From positions 2,790,001 to 2,854,000 of the forward strand of contig JBLDXI010000013.1 of the NCBI GenBank assembly GCA_047495785.1: a stretch of 64,000 nucleotides of DNA. Reading direction: 5' to 3'. How positions within the stretch are numbered: position 1 is the stretch's first letter; each line of letters opens with the position of its first letter. The DNA is from Lepidodermella squamata. Lineage: Eukaryota; Animalia; Gastrotricha. The translations under genes were made by a program, and so were the position numbers. Below are positions 26,389-39,671 of the stretch, in pieces. The notes below the pieces were generated by a model, which did no database searches, was not told where the DNA came from, and saw nothing but the letters and a program-made list of their open reading frames with translations.

Positions 26389-29300
26389 TTAATCGGCAGC
26401 TGACGGCTCCGGGGTGTGCGAGACCATTTCAACATCGCCAACCGAAGCCGCAGCAATAGCGGCTTGGCGGGCCAGAGCAGCGTTAGCCATAGCAACTTGC
26501 TGCTGCTCGGTTGTTGGGGGTGCCAGGATGCGCAGGAGTGGGTCGGTGGAATATCCGCCGAACAGTGAGGCCAGAAGGGCGACACCGTAGCCGGTTGCTC
26601 GTTCGCCGGATGCAACCGGGGCGGCCATGTCAACGTGCAGCCAACGCGGCAGGCTAGGACCGCCAGGCGGATTGTCGGCCGGGTTCAGCCCACTGGCGGC
26701 TTCAATGAAGTGGCCAGCGCATGAAACCATTGCGACGCCTCTGAAAAAATGATGAAATATATCATTAAAATGGGCATCATTTGCAGTTTTCATCCAAAAC
26801 AATTGGCCGCAATTTTTAAAACTCAAAACATATGTTTTTCAAATGTTAACATTTGCCGGTCAATTTCGGATCCACGAGAGGGCAAGACTCGTGTATTTAA
26901 AGCAAAATGAAAGAAATATTGTCCAACTTACCGGTCCGAGACTGAATTCTTGAAGTCAGCAACAGCGCTGGAAAATTCACTCAACAGCAACTCCGGAGCG
27001 TAAATGACCGGGAAAGTGAGATCACCGGAAAAGCGGCCAGAGATGAGTGCTATGTAATCAATTCAATAAAAGAATGATAATAATGGCAATGGCAGCTATT
27101 TATAAGTGATAAAATCCTAAATATTCTAATCTAGATAGTTATTACATTAAATTGAATAAATTGAAGCAGAAAATCTCAAAAAATGTCCTCGGCTATCGCC
27201 ATTCGATAGAAAACTGCGCCGAATTTATCGCAATTTTTCAAATAAATGTTGGACGGGGTTTAGGATTCGAAAACAGGATTCGCAGCAAAATTTTAAATTA
27301 CCATTTCAATTCAATTCAATTGCAAAGTAAGTAGAACAATTATGAAACCGAAGTGATGATTTCGTTCAATAGCCTGGAATTATTCTCTCATTGGTTACCT
27401 TTCCGACTTTCACCACAAATCACGCATATGTCTTTTGCCAAACAGCGGCAGAAAAATCCGATTTGATGCAGAGCTTAGCTGCAAGGTTTAATGACATAGT
27501 CATTACTGACTACGACGCAGATAAAGGCGAGTTGGCGAATTTCGCCGAATAAGTGAACAGCGGAAAAATACGAGCTAAGAGGTTCAATGGAAAGGATTCT
27601 GGTACCATCAGCTACACGCTTCATTCGTCGGTTTTTACTGCCCCATTCTACTCTCCACAGAGATACTCAGCGCGCAATCACGACGCTCTCACTGCAGAAG
27701 CCGTCTTCGAAAGCCTGATGGGTGATCCTGATAGCGGCAACATTCCCAATGCGACATGGTTCACCGGCCACCTGCTGAATATATTTTGCGGGAAATTTTC
27801 CAGCAACACATACTCGTATCTAGAACACAAGTTCGGTCACGCCTTCACGACTGGGTATCAAAAATTTCATTATTCGTGGTCTGATAAGTGTTATCGCACT
27901 ATGCCCTTGTGTTGCTATTCGTTAGCCCCCCACTGCCGGGTCATAAAATTACTGCAATCCTTCGAAGGCGTCATTCTTACCAAAGATAGGATGATAGATA
28001 GGTTATGAAGCAATTGAAAGTATTCTTCTCTGAATTTCTTAATGCTAATCATCTTCACGGCAACGTAATGAGCATAATTGACAACTACATGGACCAAAAA
28101 TACATCACAGTCACTGGTCTGTGCAGCATGTCGTGTTCTAATTGCAAAGATAACCGCATTCATTGGAAACTATGCGACACGGTTGCCTATCTTCAGCAGC
28201 TCTTGGGCGGCCAGGTCTCCTTCATGGTGACTTATATTTTGACAATAAGAGATGGTTCTGGGTCCATCTATATCGGCCGTACTACAAACGTGAGCGAACG
28301 CATGAACCAGCATTGTTCGCGTTTCCACTCTGCCATTGATGATCGGCAAATTCAGCGTTGCAGCAAATTCTACTATCAGCTGGATCGTTATTGCAACAGT
28401 TTGCTTCCAGAGCGCCCCTTTAATGCATCGATTTATCGTCTGGGTGATGCTTCGATCATTAATGACGATGAAACTTATCTGCTGAAGTCTATCCCCATCG
28501 CTTTTGGAGCTGGAATTATATGAAGCTGAAATTCATTCCGTTCCATGGATTCGTAATTTGTTGTAAGTGATGATTTCGTTCAATAGCCTCACGTTTTCCT
28601 TGAAGACGTGGTCCTCTCTATCCGACATATCATTTCAATTCCGCGATAATCCCGGATGGATTGGTATTACTGTGACGAAGACGTTCTCACAATTCTAAGA
28701 CTAATCAGAGGCACCCTTTCAGCAACGACAAGGCGTGCAAGTTTTGGTTCTACGGGTTTTTGCGCCGGCATCCGGACGTTCGGAAACGAAAAACTGAGTC
28801 GCTAAGCTGGGCCCGGGCGGTCGGTTTCAATCGAAGCGCCGTCAGCGATTTCTACGACAAGCTGGAGGCGGCTCGAACACCCTAACTACTTTTCGTGTTA
28901 TATTGATACGTGCTCAAATAATTCCTTTGTCTCCGAGCAATTCATTTCTAGGTTATGTTTCAAAGTCGACTAGTTCCGAGTTCCGACGATTGTTATTAAT
29001 CTCACGTTAATATGTAGGAATTAAGTATTCTTAATTGTTAACGTGCATCATCCTGATTTTACTGAGTTACCTCGAAGGTAATAACTGTTGTATCCTTTCT
29101 TTAACATCATTATTCATTGTTATACATTAAGGCCATTTGTTCTCGCGTTGGTGACCAATAAATAAAGTGCGAACTGCGAACCAAAGTGACTCCGCCTTTT
29201 TAAGTCCCGCAACAGAAATATTTACAAGGCCAATTGCAAACTTATTCATAAATATCTTGGATAGCTTGGATATCTTTGTAAGATCTTCAAAAGAAGTACA

Positions 29301-32300
29301 AACATTTCTTGAATAGGGATTGTTCCTTTTTGGAGCCTATTCTGAAGTGGGGCCTAATTCTAATGCTTTTGGAATATATTGACTACATTTTAAGTGTCAC
29401 ATCGATAACTATCTGCGATCATTCGCTTGCATCCCTATATCATGAGAGGAGACAAGGTTGTCCAACATTACGATTTCGCGATTTCCTTCATGTCATCAAC
29501 TTTTGCCGGGATACCGTAAATACCGAATTACTAGGCATCACCTAAATTTAAAGCAGGACCGGAATTGAGGGCAGAGGTCAGATGTCAATTGAAATAATAT
29601 AAGGCAGAACCGAAATATAAGGCACGTGCCTCTTATTCCTGTCTAACTGTCTAAGCGGAAGAGAACAACGGTGTGCCAAAAACTGCCCGAAGAGCATGCG
29701 AAAAAATTGGCGAAATACGTGTTGTTTATTCGATACATGCGCAAGAAACACCAATATGTCGATGCTGATATTATTGCTGCCGAGTGATGACGAAGAAAGT
29801 GACGATGAGGTTGGAATTATAACTGGTGATGATGATGAATGAATTTCTCGTGCTCGGTAAAAATAAATATAAGGCAGACCCGTTTTACAAGGCAGGACTT
29901 TTGGGGCATTTGAAATTATTATAAGGCACTCTCTTATAATACGATATTTACGGTAGTATCTTCCCACAACAGAAATGCATCGACGATAGGTTTTACTGTT
30001 TACTGAGGTTTACTGAGAAAAGGGGCGTTCTTGCGGAAAGATTATATTTGCTGCGAAAAAAGTGTCGTCCGCGATTTTATTACGTCACAACAGCGATGCC
30101 TAGATAACTAGCCCGACTTGGTGGTTAAAAATTACCTGCGTGCTCCAAATCCTGGTCGTTGGACATAATAGCCGCGTGAATTTTGCCAGTCGTAGTCGAC
30201 TGCGCGCCCGTCAGCGTACACAAATCAACAATCGTGCCACAGGTCAACTGCTGCCTGGCATAAGCGATGCCGTCAGACACAACCAAACGACCCTCCGCAT
30301 CCGGGTTCGTCACCTCAATCGACTTGCCCGAGTACAAATTGATGATATCATCGACTCGAATGGCTTTCGGCCCAATCGCATTCTCGGCCAAACAGAAAAT
30401 CGCGTGAAGGGTTTGATTGAATCCGCGTTTCACGGTCAAATAGAACCCGCCGAGAACGGCAGCGGCTCCGCCCATGTCTCGCTTCATACCCTGCATGGAC
30501 GCGCGGGCCTTCAGCGCCAAACCGCCGGTATCGTAGACGATGCCCTTGCCAACAAAGGCGATCGGGGCGGCGGTGTAAGCCGGGCCTGACAACGCCCCAG
30601 CCGCTGCTTGGACAGTCGATGGCCGGTAGGTGAGGATGGCCAGGGCGGGTGGGTCCTCCGCAGCACGTCCGACGTTGTGAATGCCGCCGAAGCCCTTCGT
30701 AACCAACTCCTCGCCACGAATCACCTTGAAAGACAGCGTTGGCTGGTTGTTAGATGGCGTGGTGTCGTCCTTCTCGCCGGACAACTTGGCCGCGCCAATC
30801 GCAGCCGCCACTTCGTCGTAAACCGTTCGGCACTCGCTGATGAAATGCGACACGTTCATTTGATCGGGCGGGGTGTCGACCAGTCGTTGCGATAAACGAA
30901 CGGCGTGAGCTACATCCGTGCAGAATGCCGCTTCCGCTTCGGTAAGGGAGCGCCATTCTGTGGCTGTTGAAGCCTGTTCTGCTGGGGTGTTGCAGAAGCG
31001 CGTCGTCGGCAGGACCAGGAACTCGACGTGCAGAGCCGGCGTCGAGCCACCGGCCTGGCTTCGAGACGGCGTTTGCGGCTGGTTATTGTTCGAACTCGAT
31101 GTCTTGCGCGAAAACGTCGGGAAAGCACGAGCGATGGCTGTTACATAGGACAAAATCGCGGGAGGTTCGCAAAGAATCTAAATAAATAATTAGAATTTAT
31201 CATTTAACACGGTTAAGAAATTATAAATAAATAATATTGAAAATATACTTCATTACAGCGGAAAAAATCTTATTTGATGATGGAGATTTAAACCTCATGT
31301 CGTGTGTAATAAGCCCTACTACATCAAGGGTGTTTCATAATTGGCGCAGGTGATGTTGAATTTTTCAGTTTTAGTAGTTGAATGTGGTGTTTTCCGTTAA
31401 TTGGAGCTACTTCAGGCATCAGACCCCAGCTGCTGCGCACCCTTTCGCTCAAATTATTCTTGAGTAATGCCGGCTCCCAGTCAAAAGTCCTTGGGCCTAT
31501 GGTAGGCCTTAAGGTCCATTACTCTTACTTATATCAATTATATTAAACTGCGAAACGTTATTAGCGAGTATGGAACATTGCATCCCGACGCCGGGGCATA
31601 CGCGAAGGGTTCATGATCTTCAGCCGAAAACAGCTAACTACAAAGACCATTAGCGGACGAGAACCCGGAAACGATAGGGCGGGCTTGAACGAGAATGGTA
31701 CTACTCTTTCATTAAGCGTAATCGTGATCGTTTCTAGAAGAAAATAGCCAATAAGTAATTTAAACCTCATAAGGGCTGAAACTCACAACGTTATTATAAC
31801 TGCCCATTTTCGAATTTTGGAAAATCGAACTCGCTAATTTTCTTGTTAAATAAAGTTACACAACCCGTATGCTTATTTCGACATTGTTCGAACCCAATGT
31901 TATCACAGATGATACTCCAACTGCTCATGTGGCTTCTTACACCAGCCGATGTGATTCGATTAGAGATGTATTGTATTTTTCCAACAAAATTCGAAACCCA
32001 AAGTATTAACGCGACTGTTTGACACGCACATAGGTTTTACTGCTACAGTAAGAGCTCATCCTAGGAACGAAACCTACTGCTATGAAGAGAAGGAGAATTT
32101 ATACGACGAGGCAATTTACGAAACTCTCGCGTCGGTCGGTTTGACGGAACGAGTGCCTACTGGAGTTCCCGGCGGGTTTGAATGAAGGTTACGTCATAAC
32201 TTGAAAGCTGGTGTACACAATTATCCGATAAGGCACCTCATTCAGGGGGAAAAGTTCTTATTCTTTTCAGAAGCTCGACCAATGCCCAAGCCTGGGACCA

Positions 32301-33198
32301 ACGTTTCCTCATCAGTTAACTGGCTAAATACATCACCGGCAAGGAAGTTCTCCATCGACCGCAAATAAAATCCGAGCAAAGTTGCCCCTACAAGAGCTGA
32401 TGGGCCGCTTCTAAATACCAAAATATCTGGTGTACGGCATTTTGAGGAAAACAACCGCCGCGCGAAACAGGTCAATAGCAGATAGCGAGATAGCAGCCAC
32501 TGGGCAACATTGGTTCATCAGTGGCTACCCATACGCTTTCTATGTTAGCTTCAATTTTTGATGACTTCAGAAAATAAAATTCTGCGTCAATTTTGCGTTG
32601 ACATTTTCATTTTTCGCGATTGAAGCAAAACGATGTAACGCGGTAAAATGCCGACGGAATAGTGGAAAGTTGTCGAATATAAACTGGTTATTTTGATCAT
32701 GATGCTGTACCCGAATCTACACAACCATTCCAAGAAAACACTAATGAACTTGAGGGAAACTAGTTCCTTTGGTCAAAGTCGCCCCGTTTGACGGTACTTA
32801 TCTTCACCTTTCCTTTCAACTAAAAACCGAATATATTTAAAATAAAAACATACGCAAAGAACGGATTCGCCGGATTTAGTCGTCGAAGAGCAGTCGCTTT
32901 TGACAATGCGATGCAACTCGTGAGAACCGAACGGGCAGCCATAACGAGTCGGCCGGCACAGCAGTGAGCTGACCAGAATTTTGTTCAAATACACCGGCAT
33001 CGTGCCGCCGTCTTGAACGCGCGTAACAGCCTCATTCCAAACATCTTCAGGCACACGTGGGCGAAGATTATACAGTTCGTAGAGGCGACGCGAGTACAGC
33101 TTCAAGTCATGCGGCTGGCCGATGATGCTCAGCGGCACGCTTTTAGCAGCCAGGGATCCAGCAGCGATTGAAAATGAAATAACACGCGGTGGACCCAT
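26389..33198 (-). CDS. NPEPL1: Aminopeptidase-like 1 (M17 family)
   Basis: Exons 33198-32854, 31177-30136, 27049-26932, 26740-26389. Motifs KGIVYDTGG, MKRDMGG, NPDAEGRL, SEFSSAVADFKNSVSDR, GERATGYGVALL. Confidence 0.9.
27351..28589 (+). mobile_element. Decayed GIY-YIG endonuclease element (Penelope-like?) between 25-bp direct repeats, antisense in NPEPL1 intron 2
   Basis: ORF 28005-28523 contains CSMSCSNC followed by VTYILTIRDGSGSIYIGRTTNVSERMNQH. The identical sequence AAGTGATGATTTCGTTCAATAGCCT occurs at 27351-27375 and 28565-28589. Confidence 0.6.
28712..28885 (+). mobile_element. pogo/Tigger-type transposase fragment
   Basis: Translates as HPFSNDKACKFWFYGFLRRHPDVRKRKTESLSWARAVGFNRSAVSDFYDKLE, typical of the CENP-B-type HTH to DDE linker. 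Confidence 0.8.
29514..29953. mobile_element. pogo-like MITE with TA target-site duplication
   Basis: TA|CCGTAAATACCGAATTA at the left and TAATACGATATTTACGG|TA at the right form imperfect TIRs. Subterminal ATAAGGCA repeats on both sides. Confidence 0.75.
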
Positions 33199-34005
33199 TC
33201 TATCAATTCAAATCTACAGAATAAAAAATAAATAAAAATAATACCATGCGTTTTTGAATTTTTTGATGAGCCCAAATATTGCACCACTAAAATTGAAGTT
33301 CCAGTTTGAGCGCTCTAATACTAAAATTTATCGTTATTTTAAATTTCCAATTTTTTCTTTCTTGATAATGATCTTACTCAAGTGCTCTCTTTTCATATGC
33401 ATTTTATTTTTATCTGAACGAATTTCACAATCGCTCTAGGATACCAGCCGCACGCGCCACTACTTTCCTTGTTCCCCATTTTTTCAGTGATAACGGCACG
33501 AGAAAAGAAAAAATGAGCTTGTACTGCTTGGCTCCGATGAATTTAGGTTAGAAAAATTCGGAAATGAAAATGAAAAAGGATTATTTAGAATGTTGGCTCG
33601 CAAGACTGCTGACATCACTGATTTATAGAGTCGATAATTGGAATCGATATCGGCTCAGAAATCTGGTGTATGGCTTATAGACTGGCCGCCGATAGCGCAA
33701 TAGTGAGAACTATCGGCTGGGCATGAAAAATTGATATGCTATGGAAATCAAGAAAGGTAAAATTCGGAAAACAAATTTGTTTTTGAGAAATTGTCATGCT
33801 GGAACCCTAAATTTAGGGTGTTATCTTGGCACTCCGTTTTGCAATTATTGAGGTGGATTTTTCGTATTTTATTAAAAATCTACATGAAAACAGAAAATTG
33901 GTCAATTATAATCAAATTTCATCTCAAAATTTAATGCAGCCAGTGAAAAGAAGTTTGTTGCCATTTATTTGAGTGCTTGTATAGCAAAAAACTAGTTAGT
34001 TGTTG

Positions 34006-36005
34006 TTATGATTGAGAACCGTTGTTATCGCGCGCTTTCTTGTTCGGACTGTCAGTCTCATTGAAGAGCGGCGGTGGCGGGGCGGGCGCGGGTCGTTTTT
34101 TCGACTGGTCCTGAGGCGGCCGGTTGTCAAACTTTCCAGATGCCAACGCAGGTGGTAGGTGGTCGATGAAATGGAACAGTTGTTCTGAGGTAACCGGGTC
34201 TTGAATGCTTCGATACACACCCATGGCTGTTTCATAGGCATTCGGGAAGGATTTGTCGATACGCTCCCGCATAAATTTCCACTCTTTAGTCGCCGGGTCG
34301 TAAGCACATTCGATGATACGATCAGCCAGCTGTCGCAGGTCTTTTGTCAATTTTATCTTATCGACAGCTTTCTCCTGACCCCGGCCGATTCCGACATGCA
34401 ACTCGCCGATGTTGCTCGGCGGCGGCAATTCACCGGGTTTCGGCCGCTGGTCCGATTTCACGATTCGCAACCGAAAATCAACGGTATTTTCAACAGAGGG
34501 TTTCCATTTCAGTAAACTATCACAACGACCAGGAAGGTACGGCTCATCCGCTGGCTGGAAGATCAAACCATCGACGCCGTGCGAGACCTGACTCGCAAAT
34601 CTCGGACTCATAAAATCACGCGATTTCGCGATGGGGAAAAAATCTTTGATTCTGACTGAAAACGGTTGGTTCCGCTTGTCCAGCTTGCCCTGAGCCGCTA
34701 ATTCATCGCGATACCCAACAACTTCTCGCCTCAAATAATCAACGCGGCGCGGGAACGTGGAAGTAACGAAAGAATGGCCGTTTAAAATGATCAAATCATA
34801 CACGAGATAACGCGGTTGTTTAGTGCCATCAGGCTGTTTATCGACAACCAACTCGCCGTCCATCAGGGTATTGACTAGGTGCGGGGGATCAGTCGGCGCC
34901 CGAGGCCGTCGCGGGAATTCGAGCCGGGGTACGAAAAACACGCAATTATCGCGATCCAGCATAAAAACTTTACCCTCGTCGTTGATAAACATCATATAAC
35001 GAGTTCCATCAGCTTTCCAGCTAACAAGGTAAGGTTTCGTTCGCATTTTATCCAACGAGGCGCGTTCGAACGAAACCGGCTGGGCCCCGGCGAAGTTGTT
35101 CCGCTGCCAGCCTAAATACTCGGCAACCGACTTTCGAACCGGATTCCAATACTCGGCATCGGCCGGTACGACGCCAGGGCATAACGAGACTACATCTTTC
35201 TTTTGAGCATTCAAGATTTCAGCTTCAATATCAGCCAAATTAGTGCCGCGAAAACCTCGCTTTTGATTGTTGTTGTTGTTACCGTTGCCAAATCCGTTTT
35301 CAACAACAGCAGTGTTATCAGGCACCTCAACGCCGCCTTCAAAACACCAAGCTGGCAAACTTGGGGCACTGAACCCAACCCCGTCTCCGCCGTTATAAAT
35401 CTCAACCAGCTTGTCGATATAATCCTGTTTGTAAATACCAGGCGGTCTCGCGTTAGCAAAGCAGCCCATGGCGTCGGCTAAGCTCCACCCCTCGACTTCA
35501 ACCAGGTAAGCGCAGATCAAAAAACCAGTTCGGTTAAAACCATGCGTGCAATGTACACCGATAATATACGGTTTAGACGGGTCGTCATTCGGCTGCGATA
35601 GCACTTTTTCACAAATGGCGATGAAAGTACGCGTCTGGTCGGTATCAGGCGTTTCGCCGTGACCACGGCATGCTAATTTAACGTAGCGAACACCTCGCTT
35701 CTCAACTTCTTCCGCATTGTAGAACCGGTTTGTATTCGTCAAATCGATGATCAACGCCAATTTACCAGGCATCTGCATTGGAAAAATTCGAGAAAAATTG
35801 CCTACTTGGTTAATGCATTCTTTATTACTGTTTGAGAGAAGCCAAAAAGCATTTGAAGATCGAATCTTTTCGTAGCTGGAACCGCATTGTTATACCTCGA
35901 GTCCAAGGGTGTCTTGAAAGGCATAAATTTGTCGGCTATAATGTTACCGCGTCTCGGACAGTCCAGCCATCTGTTCGGAATCGGCATATGCGAGTTGTTA
36001 CTCAT
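34006..36005 (-). CDS. RNGTT: mRNA capping enzyme (RNA triphosphatase + guanylyltransferase)
   Basis: Exons 36005-35829 and 35772-34006. HCTHGFNRTG triphosphatase motif; KADG, DGE, DGLIF and LKWK guanylyltransferase motifs. Confidence 0.95.
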
Positions 36006-36285
36006 AAGCAACCGCTTTTTACCGGGTATAAAAAACTAGGAAAATTTGAATAAAAAAAATCATTTTAAAACAGGTTTTTCTACAATTTTTACTCCTTCGA
36101 ACGAACTAAACCTAAAAAAATACACCTTGGAGAAGACAGAATACTATCATCTGCGATTAGAGGTGGCAATTACAAATAATATTAATAACAATTACATCGG
36201 TGTATCACTATCACGATTTAAGATATTCAATGGACTGATGAGTCTTTTTTTCAAAAGCTACTCAGATGTTCATCCAGTTTTTAGT

Positions 36286-38566
36286 TTAATTGGACTTCTT
36301 ATTTTTCTCGATAACGTCGAGCAGAAGACGGGCAGCATCGGTGATACGAGTGCCAGGCGGGAAAATGGCAGCGGTTCCGGCCTTGTACAGCTCGTCCCAG
36401 TCCTGAGGCGGGATGACGCCGCCGGCAACAACAGCCGCGTCTTGGCCAGCCTCTTTCAACAATTTGATGAGCTCAGGCACCAGGGTGCGATGACCGGCTG
36501 CCAGGCTGGAAACGCCGACGACATGAGCGTCGCTGTTGACAGCTTGACGGACGACCTCAGAGGCCATGGCAAACATAGGGCCCAACTCGACGTCGAAGCC
36601 AAGATCGGCCAAGCCGGTCGCGACAACTTTCATGCCACGGTCGTGGCCATCCTGGCCCAATTTCGCGAGTAAAACGCGAGGACGACGACCTTCAGTTTTC
36701 GCAAACGCCTCAACCCGTTTGCGGATGGTTTCAAGCTCCTTCAGACCATCGGCGGAATTCGCCGAATAGGAAGATGCGTAGACGCCTGAAACTAGACGAT
36801 ATTCAGGCGAATGACGGCCCCAAACCTTTTCAAGAGCTCGGGTAATTTCGCCAACAGTGCAACGAGCCCGGGCGGCCTCGATGGAAAGCCGGGTCAAGCT
36901 ACCAGCCGGGGCCTTGTTATCCTGAGCGCACTGAGTCAGAGCGTTCAAGCACTCTTCGACCTTCTTCGGGTCACGCGACTTCCTCAACTTATCCAAACGA
37001 GCGAGTTGAGCGTCGACGACCATTCGATTGTCAATAGCTCGAACTTCGACCTTCTGGTCTTTCTTTAAACGATACTTATTGACACCGACAATGGTTTCGT
37101 GGCCGGAATCGATGGCGGCCTGGCGACGAGCCGCACACTCTTCAATAGCCAGCTTCGGTGAGCCGGTAGCCACAGCTTTAGCCATGCCTCCGCTAGCTTC
37201 GACGTCATCGATGATCTTCCGAGCGCGATTTGCGAGCTCATCGGTCAACGATTCGATCAAATAAGAGCCCGCCCAAGGATCAACGACCTTGCAAATATGT
37301 GACTCTTCCTGAATAATCAGCTGAGTGTTACGGGCGATACGGGAAGAGAATTCAGTCGGCAAACCCAAAGCTTCGTCAAAAGAATTCGTGTGAAGAGACT
37401 GGGTACCGCCGAAAACGGCAGAGAGAGCCTCCAAGGTCGTGCGGACGATGTTGTTGTACGCATCGTCAGCGGTAAGTGACCAACCACTGGTTTGACAGTG
37501 AGTTCGAAGCATCAATGATTTCGGGTTCTTCGCTTGGAATTTTTCTTTGATTAGCTGAGCCCAAAGGCGGCGAGCAGCTCGCAATTTAGCAACTTCCATG
37601 TAAAAGCTCATACCAATGCCGAAGAAGAAGGACAAACGAGGCGCGAAATCATCGATCGAAAGAGCCGCATCACGAGTACCGATGCGACAATATTCAAGGC
37701 CGTTTGCTAGGGTGAATGCTAGCTCATGTACGGCATCAGCGCCAGCTTCTTGCATGTGGTAACCAGAAATACTGATTGAGTTGAATTTAGGCATGTGTTT
37801 GCTAGTGTGTGCGAAGATATCGCCAATAATACGAAGTGACGGCTCAGGCGGGTAGATATATGTGTTGCGAACCATGAACTCTTTTAAAATATCGTTTTGA
37901 ATAGTACCAGCTAGCTCGGCTTGCTTAGCACCTTGCTCTTCTGCTGCTACAATGTACATGGCCAGAACTGGGAGGACAGCTCCGTTCATGGTCATCGACG
38001 TGCTGACTTTGTTAAGAGGAATGCTGTCAAACAAAAGTTTTGTGTCTTCAACAGAATCAACAGCAACACCAGCCATTCCGACATCGGCCATCGCTCTTTT
38101 GTCATCCGAGTCGTAGCCTCGATGAGTCGCCAAGTCGAAAGCAACACTGAGACCCTGCTGACCTCCGGCAATAGCAGCACGGTAGAATTTATTCGATTCT
38201 TCAACAGTGCTGAAACCAGCATATTGGCGGATGGTCCACGGCCTCTGAGCGTACATTGTGACAGCGGGGCCACGGGTATACGGGTAAGCTCCAGGAAGCT
38301 CATCCGCAACCTTTGCTGAGTCTTCTTTCGTATACACTGGTTTCACCGGAATTCCCTGCAAGTCTATGATGAACTGGGTAACTTAGGATCATGCAAATAA
38401 TTACCTCGGACGAGTTCCAGATCAGAGTAGTAGCTGGTTTGCCCTTCAGGGATTTTGAGGCCAAGGCCGACCATTTTTCATTAAGGGTAACTTTACCCGC
38501 ATCCGACGAGCCAAAACGTCGCTGACATCTGACGAAAGCATTGATACCACGATATCTCAACATCAT
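36286..38566 (-). CDS. MMUT: Methylmalonyl-CoA mutase, mitochondrial
   Basis: Exons 38566-38405 and 38355-36286. Arg-rich targeting peptide, [11 protein letters not shown], and the B12-binding motif GQDGHDRG. Confidence 0.97.
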
Positions 38567-39344
38567 TAATTAATGCATCAAACTAATCAACAATATCTGT
38601 CTTTAAATGGAATTCATGGAATTCTGCAGCAGATCCACATTTTATCGGTTTTATGTTTTAATGCATTCTCGGACCCAAGAGCCAAGAGCATTGCCCGACT
38701 GTTTCAGGTAATAACGACATATTTGGCCATGAGATGGCACTTCAAGTCTGCCGGCTTAGCTAATAGTCTGAATGACGTGAGCTGAGTACTGAGTAATTTA
38801 CCTGCACAGAAAAGGACAAGTTTCCCGAAATACGTCAGGTATATTTCATAACGGCTATAAGCGATTGCCGCTAGAGAAGCTGAGTGAATAATGCAAAAGC
38901 TTTCATTAAGAACAGATGCTTCAGACAGAGTAAGAGTGAGGGGTAGGAGCAGCTTCCAGGCGATCGGTAGCGTCGAACGGACAAATCAAGCTTTTACTCG
39001 GAAGGATCGACGATGAGACTAGATCGTTAGAGCAACAGAAGAACAAGTGGAACTTTTGCTAGCTGGTCTGAGTATCGAATTTTCAATCTTTGGAGTAAAA
39101 AACAAAAAACAGCCATATCGCATAACGACGACGAGGGGGAGGCGATCGAACTGCGTTCAGTTCAGAAAAAACAAACCGGTTTTTTCATTTTTTCGGCTTT
39201 TTCCAGGTTATTAGTAGCTTAATTTTGAAGATTACATATTTTGCGAGAAATTGTTGCAGAGAAATATAAAAATGTTCTTCTTATAATTTGACCTCGACCC
39301 GAGATTGCGCGGCGAATTTGAATTATCTTTGTATTTCGGCTTTC

Positions 39345-39671
39345 GGGCTCGGCCTAAATGGAGCCTGTGGCCAATGGGCTGAGATAACCCGGTAGGTAGT
39401 TAAGGGTTACTGACAAGCCAGGCGCCGCGAAAGACTCAACGACAGGGCGACAATGTCAGTCTAGTGGCTAGTCTGATAAGCATCCGAGAGGACTGTGCTC
39501 GCAGCCCAGCCCTTCTGTAACCGGGCTTGACTGATGGCGACAAACGTTTGTTAGATGCTGGTTCCTCTGACCATTAGAAGAGTATGGCCACCCACGTATA
39601 CGCCCTTATACGCGGCTGTGGGCGTATCCCTGTCACAAGGTCGAAATCGAAAGTAGCATCACTTCAGTCGA
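39345..39671 (+). ncRNA. Highly structured RNA-like segment with HDV-like ribozyme core (possible LINE 5' UTR remnant)
   Basis: Many nested stems: gtggcca/tggccac, gggctg/cagccc, taaccc/gggtta, actgaca/tgtcagt, tcc-GAGA-gga, tacgccc/gggcgta, gatgct/agcatc. The GGT-TCCTCTG-ACC stem-loop resembles HDV P3/L3. Confidence 0.45.

Noticed and set aside
27351-27375. C/D box snoRNA (GTGATGA) in NPEPL1 intron
   Set aside because: The motif is antisense to the host gene and is part of a direct repeat; no terminal stem or D box arrangement was seen.
36046-38319. Plus-strand ORFs over MMUT (also over RNGTT, NPEPL1 and DUF229)
   Set aside because: Antisense shadows of well-supported genes.
39345-39671. 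SRP RNA, RNase P/MRP, telomerase RNA, hammerhead or group I/II intron identity for the structured segment
   Set aside because: Only partial look-alikes (AGGTCGAAATCGA, CTGATAAG, TAACCC); full conserved cores were not found.
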